The notes beneath the pieces were generated by a model. That model ran no database searches. It was not told the DNA's origin and saw only the letters and a list, made by a program, of their open reading frames with translations. A DNA stretch of 32,184 bases from Neovahlkampfia damariscottae (lineage: Eukaryota): the NCBI GenBank assembly GCA_016618085.1, contig JABLTG010000201.1, positions 1 through 32,184 of the forward strand, read 5' to 3'. The position numbers and the translations under genes were made by a program. Every line of letters starts with the position of its first letter. The first letter of the stretch is position 1. This document shows positions 22,890 to 32,184 of this stretch, piece by piece.

Positions 22890-24081
22890 ATGTCTGTTAC
22901 GATTGATAAAAGCGAAACAAAAATCGCTGCTTCAGCTCTTGGATGTCAAGAATCAGAAATTCCTCAACAAGCACCGATCCGTTTGTACAAAGCAGAACCA
23001 AACGGTGAATGGAAATACACAGGAACTTATGGTGTTTTAATCATTCATTTCAGTCTTGCCAACAAATCAGTATCCTTAAAAGTGGTTGACCTCAATGTAA
23101 GAAAAAAAAAAAACTCACAAAAAAAAGACCAAAAAGCTTGCTTATGAAATTGAATGTTATGATGGATTTGATTATCAAGTTTTGAGTGACTTTTTTCATG
23201 CTTTTGAAGATGAAAATGGTTTAGTTGGTCTTTGTTTTGCAGAAGGTTATGATGCCAAAAAATTCTCGACTGACATAGCAAAATATATTCACTCAATTAA
23301 CAACATCAAAAAATCACAAGGTTCAATGCCACAAAGTAAACCAACAACAAATTCTGGTGGAAATACTCCAAAAAAAGTAGTTGCTACAAAAAAAAAAGAA
23401 GAACCTTCAAGCGGTGGTGGTTTATTCTCAAAAATTAGTTCACTCTTTGGTGGTGGTTCAACAGAACGTCATAAACCAAAAATTGGAGGTGTTTATAATG
23501 TCAGTCATGAAGCTGGTTTTGGAACTTATTTTGGAGGTGAAGGTGACAAAATTCCTGATGAATGGAAAGAAATCTTTAAAAAAGCTGGTTTAACAGATGA
23601 TCAAATTAAAGACAAGAAAACAGCAAAATTAATTATGAAAACAGTTGCTGCTGCTGAAGTACCAGATGCTATAGAAGGTGAAAATGTTCCAAACAAACCT
23701 CCTCCAAAACCAAAAAAATCAGGAGGAAAAGGACCGACTGGAGGACCTACTGGTGGCCCAACTGGAGGTCCATCAGGTGGACCTAGTGGTGGACCACCAC
23801 CTCCACCACCTCCTGGAGCTACTAAAAAGATCAATCTTTCAGAAACAAAAAAACCAACAAATCCTTCTTCTGGAGGAGGTGGAGGTGGAAGAGGTGATTT
23901 ATTAAGTCAAATCCAAAGTGGAACACCATTGAAAAAAGTTGACAGAGAAGAAGTCAATAACAAAGTTAAGAATTTGACAGAATCACAAAAAGATGATTTG
24001 GCTTCAAAAATTGCTGGTGCACTTGCATCCAGAAGAGAAGATATTGGATCAGATTCAGATGATTCAGATGATGACTGGTAG
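22890..24081 (+). CDS. WASP: WASP (Arp2/3 activator): WH1, CRIB-like, proline-rich, WH2, acidic; ~386 aa, 2 exons
   Basis: Intron 23097-23127. WH1 (IRLYKAEPNGEWKYTG, FFHAFE), CRIB-like (IGGVYNVSHEAG..IPDEWKEIFKKAG), PPPPPPP, WH2 (GRGDLLSQIQSGTPLKKV), C-terminal DSDDDW. Confidence 0.95.
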
Positions 24082-24200
24082 ATTATTTCACCAAAAAAAA
24101 CTTGAAAATAAATTTTTGATGTTTTTTTTTATTCGTTAACTGTCTAGAGATTCATTGGTCAATCTATATTGGTAGAAGCTTCTAAAATTGTTTATTCCTC

Positions 24201-25272
24201 ATGAATTGGTCTGTTTTGTGTTCAATCACAGAACAACCACCTCCTAGGTTTTCATCTGCTTCGACATGTAACCAAAATAGAATATATATGTTTGGAGGAG
24301 CAGACTTACAAGCAAATGAAAAAATGAAAAATGATTTTTATGTATTTGACGTAAATTTGAAGACTTGGACACTATTAAAACCAAAATTTACACCTCATAG
24401 TAGATTAGGACATACATTAGTTTCTGATCCAGAAACTGGTTTCTTGTATCTAGTTGGAGGTAAAAAAATAAAAAAAAAATAAAAAAAATGAAAAAGGTTA
24501 TTACAGAAACTCTGGTATTAACTTTGTTGTCATTAACGTATATAACGATGTAATTCAATTTGATAGTCAAAAACAAGAATGGAAACTTTTAAGATTTGAA
24601 AATTTGGATGACATTATTCCTAGACGCTTCCACAGTTGTTTATTTTATAAAAAATGTTTAATTATATTTGGTGGTTTATTAGCAACTGATAAATGCTCAA
24701 ATGAACTTTTTAAAATCGACATCAAAAATAACAGATGTATGGAATTAGAATCTAAAGGTGATTTGCCAAAACGAAGATACAAACATTCTTCATTTGTTCA
24801 TAAAGGAGAGTTTTATGTTTTTGGTGGTTGTTATTTACATAATGAAAATACTGTTTATCTTCGTGATTTGTATTGTTATAATTTTCAAACAAAATTTTGG
24901 AAGAAGGTTCAAATGAAGAATTTCTCGCCAAGACAAATGTTTGAAAATCAATCTGTATATATGAATAATAATTTGTATGTTTTGTATTCAACCAATATTG
25001 CAAAAGATGGTTTGATTCTCTCAAAATTTGATTTGGAAAAACAGTTTTGGGATTGGAATAAAAATATAAATGAAATTGATTCAATTTTAAGTTTTTCTTT
25101 ATCTCAAGATTCAAATGATTCAATTTTTATTTTTGGTGGAAAAAATTTTGAAGAAGTTGTTGGAAATAAAATTGTTAGAATTGAAATGGAGGATAAAATG
25201 GTTGGGAGGTTAATTTTTGATGAATTGAAAAGATTTAATTTTCAAGATGTCATTGTGTACACTAAAGAATAA
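24201..25272 (+). CDS. Kelch-repeat beta-propeller protein, ~344 aa, 2 exons
   Basis: Intron 24460-24496. Repeated PxxRxxHs..YxFGG..D.Y..D...W motifs. Confidence 0.9.
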
Positions 25273-25392
25273 AAAAATTTGTAAATATTATGGGGTTCGA
25301 ACTCAAATATGCATCCAATTGCAAACATAAAAGATAAAGAGATCTGTTGGTTTTCAGAATAACAGATTGATGAACAAAATATTTTAAAACCT

Positions 25393-26111
25393 TTATTTAC
25401 TTCCACCACATCTACTGAATGATGGAAAGTCACAAATCAATACAATCACTCCGATTCCAATAACCATGAGAATAGCAAGAATAATAACAATAATAACAAA
25501 AATCAACATCCATTTCTTCCAAAAAGCAGCTCTTTCAACTTTTTTTGCACCAATACTAAAATCTTCACCACTTTGCAAAAGTTGATCAGTTTCTCTTGAA
25601 ATGTCTTCTAATTTTTCACCTCTTAATAAAAGTTTATCAATTTGGATCACCAAAACTTCCTAAAAAAATTAATATAAAAAATCTGTACTTGAAGATCAGT
25701 TATTTTGTCATTCAAAACGTTAATTGTGTCAGAATTAGGATCATTCCATTTTTTCATTCCTTTTGAAATAATTGTTTGAACTTTTGTTTTTGTAATAGCA
25801 TCACCAAGTTCTACAAAAGCTTTTTGAAAATTTATTTTTTTTTTTTTTTGTTTACCATCATAAAGTTCTTGAATAAAATTCCAAGCAACTCTTTTTTTTG
25901 TGTCTTCTGATGCAACACAAAAAACACAAATTCCATTTTCTTTTTTCACATGAAATTGAACTTTGTTCTGTTGAATAGTTTGTCTGAAGTCATTTGGTGA
26001 TAGTTTTGGAAGAATATTTTGCATGATTGAAGTGCGTAATTTAATTTTATCTGTTGGAAAATCAGCTTTTAATTCATCATTTCTGATTATGCTGCCATAA
26101 TGAATTGTCAT
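25393..26111 (-). CDS. VAMP7: VAMP7-like longin R-SNARE, ~217 aa
   Basis: Longin domain (FCVASEDTKKRVAWNFI), R-SNARE (IDKLLLRGEKLEDI..KKVERAAFWK) and a C-terminal TM helix. Introns at 25660-25688 and a probable in-frame one at 25820-25855. Confidence 0.9.
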
Positions 26112-26504
26112 GTTGAAGTTGATCTAATTCTCCAATCAAGAACGAATAGAAGAAAAAAATGATTTCCGACATTCCAAGAAGATCAAAATGTATTTCATTT
26201 TCTAAACAACCTTTGAGTTATCAATTCTAATGACAAAATATATACTTCCAAATGAAATATTATTATTGGATGGAAAAAAGTAGAAAATTTCATTTTTGGA
26301 AAATCATTCAGAAAATTTTACAACCAAATGATTATCACTATTTATGTGATTCAGATGCTCAAGTTTCAATCAGATGAAAATCCAAAAAAAAAGAAAAATA
26401 GTAATCACAATACATTTGAATTTATTTATATTCCTAACAGAATTGTTATAATTTGCTTTTCAATTTTTTACTGTTTTATTTTAATTTAAAATGTCATCCA
26501 AATT

Positions 26505-29033
26505 CTAAATCTTTTTTAAAGTCAAAATGTCATCCAATGTATTTTCCAATACAGTTATGAAATCAGAATTTTCTAAAGAAGATACACTTGTTGTGTATAT
26601 GCTCCTAAATTCTCTATCACTTTTTCCAAAGGCTTCTGTGAATTCATCAACAATGAAGTTTCTAATTTTTAAGTAAACTGTTTTTCCTTGATAGAAATAG
26701 AATTTCCAAGGACCATATTCAGATGAATGATCATAATATTCAAATATTTTTTGTTCTTCAAGTGTTGGATCATATTGTAAACAAACATTTTTCCAGAGTA
26801 AATCATTAGTACTAGCTTCATTGAATGATGTATTTATGATTGAAAATTTTAAAATATCTCGATATGTTAAGAAACTGAGAATGTAACTTAATTCATCTTC
26901 ACCTAAATTTTGTATATCACAACATGTACTTGGTTTTTTGATTATATTGAATGATGATTCTTTTTTTATGAGAATTTTTTCAGTCCATGAAAATGTCGTT
27001 TTCAGAGGTGATTGGTTCATGTGAAAATCATGGAGTTTTACCAATTCTTCTGGACAATTTGGAAATGCAACTTTGATTGTATCATTTTTTAGTTCTTTGA
27101 TGAATATATCATGCTTGTTTAGGTAGAGATAGAAAGGGACATTAGATAATGATTTGCATAATCCTAAATCTTCAACCAATTGGAGACATTCTTGAACTTT
27201 GTTTGTTTTTTCATCTTCATAACATAATTCATTAAATTGTGATAATGCTCCAATCATCAACACTGCATCAACATTTTCATACAGATTCATCCATTTTTTT
27301 CTTTCATTTCTTTGACCTCCTGTGTCAAACAGTTGAAATTTCCGACCTTTATATATGAAATTTGTACGTACAATTCCTGTTGTCTTCAATTGACAACTAG
27401 AAACTATGTTATTCAATAGAAAAATTACCTTAGAATCAAATCAAAATCTATACCTGAATTGGAATCGATGTTGAAAATTGTATCAATATTTTCAATCCAA
27501 TATGCAATTTTATCATTCACTAGATACTTGTGATTATGATCAATGATTGATTTCACCAATTTGTTTGTTGATAGATCTTTAATGAATTGAACATCTTCTT
27601 CATTGAAAAACCTTGATACAGATAAGATATCAATAGGAATATTAGATAATCTATCTACAAATTCATTTTCTTCTTGTGATAATGAAATCCTCCAAGTTGG
27701 ATCATTTTCTAAAATTACAAATATTTTTTTAAATGAAAAAATAATGTTTCCCAGAAGAGCATCTTTGTGGACTAAATATTCACCTAATGAATAGTTTTTG
27801 TTATTCCATTGACATATTCTTTTGTAAATTGTCGATTTTCCCACCTCTCCGGGACCTAACAAGAGAATTTTAATTGGTGTTTGAGTATCAATAAGTTTTT
27901 CAGGTTTAGTTTCAAAAACTTGTTTATCAGTAGTCTTTGTAAATGGGTATGAACCAACTGTCGATTTTGAATGATTTTGCTTTGCAAATTTTCTTGTTAT
28001 TTCTTTTATCATTTTCATTGTTTTGGCTATGGACTCAGAATTTATCAAGCATGTTTCTAAATCATATACATTTGTATTATGTTTCTTTATAATCTCAATT
28101 AAATGCTTCTTCTTCCAAATTTTCGTGTTTTTTATTTCAACTTTTGAATTGTTAATATTTGAAAATTTCTAACCATTTTCATGAAAATTTCCCATGTACA
28201 ATTTTTCAAAATCATCTTCTTTGTATGCATCTGATTTGTTGAATAACACTACAATCTCTGAATTTTTGAAATTTTTCATTTTGACCAGTTCATTGAATGA
28301 TGTTTCAATTTGTGAAAATTTTTTTTCATTTTGAAAATCTTCCAAAGAAATCAAATAAATCATCAAATTAGCATTTCTACAGACTTTAATGAGTTTAAAT
28401 AATGTTAAAAGAAAATTACTTTTTTCTAAATTTTTGGATTTTTTGCCAACGTCAATAATTTCGAAGTTAATCTCTTCTGTCAAAATGAAGTGGTTGATAT
28501 TTTCAATGGTGCTGGTTTTAAAACAATATTGTATATCACCATACGAAGGTAAATAAAACAAACCATTTTCTTCTATTTTTTTCATCACACTTGTTGAAAC
28601 AAAACTGGGAAATAAAAAACAAATTAAGTGAGTACTTTTTGTCACATTCATAATTTTTTAGAGTTCCTAAATTTTTTTTCATTGCCAAATCTGACCATAT
28701 TTTTGGAAAATGATCCTTAATTTCCATAAGTCTTTCACTACTAATGTTTTTATCTTCTTTAATTAACAAATCCAAAATTTTCATTGATTTTTCATCGGAA
28801 AATTTATCTACGGATGTTAAACATAACTTTCCAACATCTATAGTAACTCTTAAACTATTGAGTAGAAATTCTTTTATAAATGTTCTCCTCAAAGATGATT
28901 GAATTTCTTGTGAATTTATATCTTCGTATTCTGACAAGAAACTTTTGAATAACGTGGTTTTTCCAGAAGAAGTAGTACCTAAGATTACAATTTTACAGTC
29001 AAATTGAGACTTTTTTATCAGTTGATTACCCAT
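26505..29033 (-). CDS. Tandem double G-alpha-like protein with an F-box inserted in the second G-alpha domain, ~798 aa, 5 exons
   Basis: Start MGNQ at 29033. Introns 28605-28635, 28384-28419, 28141-28173 and 27397-27428 join four track ORFs in one frame. Domain 1: GTTSSGKTT, DVGKK, NKSD, ETC. Domain 2: GPGEVGKST, KTTGI, DTGGQRNERKKW, NKHD. F-box: LGEDELSYILSFLTYRDILKFSIINTSFNEASTNDLLWK. Confidence 0.8.
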
Positions 29034-29206
29034 CACTCAAAAAAATTGTAAGTCTTTGATTGGACAATTCCTCAGTTCGAAAAGAATTGTGCATCAGACC
29101 TATAAAGGCATTTTTTACTCAAAATAATTCTTCATCAAACAATGTTTGTCAACTAATCAAGCAACAACACTTTTTTATTTCAACGGAATCATCTATCTCA
29201 TAACTA

Positions 29207-29900
29207 AGTAGTAGATGGGGAAAGTCCGGACGGCGATTTAACTTTTTTTAATTTTCACCCCCCAAGGAAGTAAAAAAAGACCATTTTCGCGGATTTTTTG
29301 TTTTTTTTGACCAAATCCCCCAACATTCAGAGCCATTTTCATGCCCTCTCACGCCTCAACTCGGCGGTTTTTTGTCATTTGAAAATTTTATTTACCTTCT
29401 TACTTTTTGTTATCCATAATTTTTCATTTTGCTTCTGTTAATTTGTTGGTCCATTATATTGCTTTTTAGATGTTTTGAAATTATGGGTAATAAAAACTAC
29501 GAGTTTGTAAACCATAATTTTGGAAGATTTGATCATTTTGATTGGCTTAATCCTTTGTTTTGGAGGATTGAATCCTTCTTTTTTGGAGGTTTGGAGATGC
29601 TTGATTGATCAATTTTTTTTTGTCTGACTGAATCTACGAATTGGGTTTAAAGTTATAATAATTATATATTCTAATAATATAATTATTTTTAATGCCAAAA
29701 AAATATAATTTTAAAACAGAAACAGAAAGACAAGAACATTTTAAAGAATATTTTAAAATTATTATCAAGAAAATAAAGAAAATATCACAAAAAATTTAAA
29801 TGAATTAAAATATTGTGAATTTTGTGATTTGAATGTAAAAAAATATAAATTTCAAAGACATTGCAGATCAAAAAAACATAAAAAAAATATTGAAATATAA
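29207..29900. mobile_element. Polinton/Maverick-like terminal fragment
   Basis: Begins AGTAGTAG, a Polinton-type terminal microsatellite, followed by ~175 nt of GC-richer non-coding DNA. Ends in a virus-style zinc-finger ORF. No partner terminus in the window. Confidence 0.5.
29692..29900 (+). pseudogene. Small C2H2 zinc-finger protein of viral/Polinton type, one frameshift
   Basis: MPKKYNFKTETERQEHFKEYFK(frameshift)YYQENKENITKNLNELKYCEFCDLNVKKYKFQRHCRSKKHKKNIEI*. Confidence 0.6.
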
Positions 29901-30018
29901 TTAATTTTCAATAAAATAATATTCATAAATTTTCTTCGCTTTGGATCAACTTTTTTCAATATCATTGGTCATTTTCAATTTATTTTCATTGGATAAACAT
30001 TTTGACAGTGACTTCACC

Positions 30019-31637
30019 ATGGAAAAGGATTTAAGTAAAGCAATTGATGAGAAAAATACCAAGAAATTACGAGAACTAATTGATAGTGGATTGGAAATTA
30101 ATAAACAATATTCATTTCCTGTTGGTTGTGTAAGAAAATTAAATATTATTTATTTTTAGGTAACAATAATTTATTTTCAATTAAAACATAATTAGTTTGT
30201 AAGAATAATTTATGTTCAATTAAAGCATGATTAGTTTGTAAGAATAATTTATTTTCAATTAAAACATAATTAGTATGTAAGAATAATTTATTTTCAATTA
30301 AAACATAATTAGAAAGTAAGAATAATTTATTTTCAATTAAAATATAATTAGAAAGTAAGAATAATTTATTTTCAATTAAAACATAATTAGATTGTAAGAA
30401 TAATTTATTTTCAATTAAAACATAATTAGTATGTAAGAATAATTTATTTTCAATTAAAACATAATTAGTATGTAAGAATAATTATTTTCAATTAAAACAT
30501 AATTAGGTTGTAAGAATAATTTATTTCCGATTAAAACATAATTAGGGTGTAAGAATAATTTATTTTCAATTAAAACATAATTAGGTTGTAAGAATAATTT
30601 ATTTTCAATTAAAATATAATTAGTTTGTAAGAATAATTTATTTTCAATTAAAATATGATTAGGATGTAAGAATAATTTATTTTCAATTAAAATATAATTA
30701 GAAAGTAAGAATAATTTATTTCCGATTAAAACATAATTAGATTGTAAGAATAATTTATTTTCAATTAAAATATGATTAGGATGTAAGAATAATTTATTTT
30801 CAATTAAAATATAATTAGGAAGTAAGAATAATTTATTTTCAATTAAAATATGATTAGGATGTAAGAATAATTTATTTTCAATTAAAATATAATTAGGAAG
30901 TAAGAATAATTTATTTTCAATTAAAATATGATTAGGAAGTAAAAATAATTATTTGAAATTAAAACATAATTAGTATGTAAGAATAATTTATTTTCAATTA
31001 AAACATAATTAGGTTGTAAGAATAATTTATTTCCGATTAAAACATAATTAGTTTGTAAGAATAATTTATTTTCAATTAAAACATAATTAGGAAGTAAGAA
31101 TTTATTTTCAATTAAAACATAATTAGGCTGTAAGAATGATTTATTTTCAATTAAAACATGATTAGAAAGTAAGAATAATTTATTTTCAATTAAAACATGA
31201 TTAGGAAGTAAGAATAATTATTTGAAATTAAAAATCTGATTAGTATTTCAGCAATGTAATTTTTTTTTATTTTTAAAAGAAAGGAAAATAAAACATATGG
31301 TGATAAAATTCCATGGACACCACTTCAACATGCTTCTGCACTTGAAGATCAAGTATTTTTATGATTTATATCTTACAAATAGGATATGATTGATTTTTTA
31401 ATTTTAAATGGAGCTGATTTTTCTATTATTGACAAAACAAATAGAAATGCTCAAGATATTGCTGATTTCTTACATAAAGATGTTGATGTTAAAAAAGTTA
31501 TAAAAGAAAAAGAAAGAGAAAAAATTTATTCAATGGAACATTTATTCGATATTAAATTTAATTTTGAACAGAAATGCAAAAGAAAAATAATTGAAGTCTC
31601 AAATAATGAAAGTTCAAGTGAAAATAAAAGAAAATGA
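30019..31637 (+). CDS. Ankyrin-repeat protein whose inter-repeat loop is encoded by single-codon microexons (~175 aa if all are included)
   Basis: Exon 30019-30129 (LSKAIDEKNTKKLRELIDSGLEIN), 27 3-nt exons, 12-nt exon 31244-31255, exon 31284-31352 (WTPLQHASALEDQ), exon 31383-31637 (DMIDFLILNGADFSIIDKTNRNAQDIA). Every intron is phase 0. ATTGG boxes at 29964 and 29988. Confidence 0.8.
30160..31243 (+). repeat. Tandem array of 28 near-identical 33-36-nt GT-AG intron-like units separated by 27 variable trinucleotides
   Basis: Consensus GTAAGAATAATTTATTTTCAATTAAAACATAATTAG + NNN, period 39 nt. Confidence 0.97.
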
Positions 31638-31744
31638 CTTGAAATTTAAAAGAAATAATTTCTAATAGATCTTTATTTTATGGTATCAACTTAAAATTCT
31701 CCAGCTTATTCTTGTGAACTTACCATAAGAAAAGGGTTCTGAAA

Positions 31745-31822
31745 TTTTTTTTGCCATTTTCATGTGTTTGCTCCAGTTGCTTGAGAAACAGATTTGTTGC
31801 AAGTTTCACAAAACTTACTCAT
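31745..31822 (-). pseudogene. Truncated C2H2 zinc-finger ORF
   Basis: MSKFCETCNKSVSQ(frameshift)NWSKHMK. Starts 10 nt after the helicase-HNH stop, the compact packing typical of viral genomes. Confidence 0.45.
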
Positions 31823-31831
31823 TGGTCAAAA

Positions 31832-32182
31832 TTAAAATTTTATTTTGCTGATATTACAGTGAATACAACTCAATTGACAATTTGATTTTAAATGGCTTAA
31901 AGAGTTATCTAATCTATCTATCGAAAGATTTTTTCCATCACCTTCAATTGGTGATAAATTTAATTGTTCTTTACAAATAATACATTTTCCCTTTTGTTTC
32001 TTATGCATTTCCATAATATCGTTTTTTGTAATAAATTTATTTGTAATACTTCTTTTAGCTTTAATATCTTGAGATTTATAATTATTTATCATTCTTTCAA
32101 AATCATAATCCAATTTTGCACTTGTATTTTCAACAACTAAATTTAAATTATCAATTGAAGTGCATCTAGTTAGCGCTGTCCA
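31832..32182 (-). mobile_element. C-terminus of an SF1 helicase-HNH endonuclease fusion (Polinton-like virus type), extends beyond the window
   Basis: The frame is open to the window end. WTALTRCTS resembles SF1 helicase motif VI. It is followed by CIIC..SIDRLDNSLSHLKSNCQLSCIHCN (HNH/His-Me finger). Intronless. Confidence 0.7.
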
Positions 32183-32184
32183 AA

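Noticed and set aside
30160..31243. CRISPR array
   Set aside because: The repeat is CRISPR-sized, but the spacers are only 3 nt, there are no cas genes, the context is eukaryotic, and the repeats carry spliceosomal GT/AG ends.

Overview
AT-rich, gene-dense eukaryotic microbial DNA. It uses the standard genetic code and has very short GT-AG introns of about 28-43 nt; the overall style suggests a heterolobosean/discoban amoeba (inference only). Intact genes assembled by hand: a HEAT-repeat protein, an RI-like LRR protein, a secreted Lys-tailed protein, a Furry/MOR2-PAG1-like scaffold, a CNH-SH3-DH-PH RhoGEF, an RGS-like coiled-coil protein, WASP, a Kelch protein, VAMP7, a tandem double G-alpha carrying an F-box, and an ankyrin gene. 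There is also one 5S rRNA gene. Decayed accessory material includes a Fanzor/TnpB fragment, BTB-TLDc and AlkB alkane-monooxygenase pseudogenes, and Polinton/PLV-like pieces (rve integrase, AGTAGT terminus, zinc fingers, helicase-HNH). The standout is the ~39-bp tandem array at 30160-31243 inside the ankyrin gene. Each unit reads as a near-identical ~36-nt GT...AG intron followed by a variable 3-nt phase-0 exon. That gives 28 cloned introns separating 27 single-codon microexons, none of them a stop, spelling FFYKKIYYVGVFDKIDEDEEYVFEAKE. This is a candidate codon-by-codon combinatorial splicing/diversification system. All family assignments come from motif recognition, not database searches.
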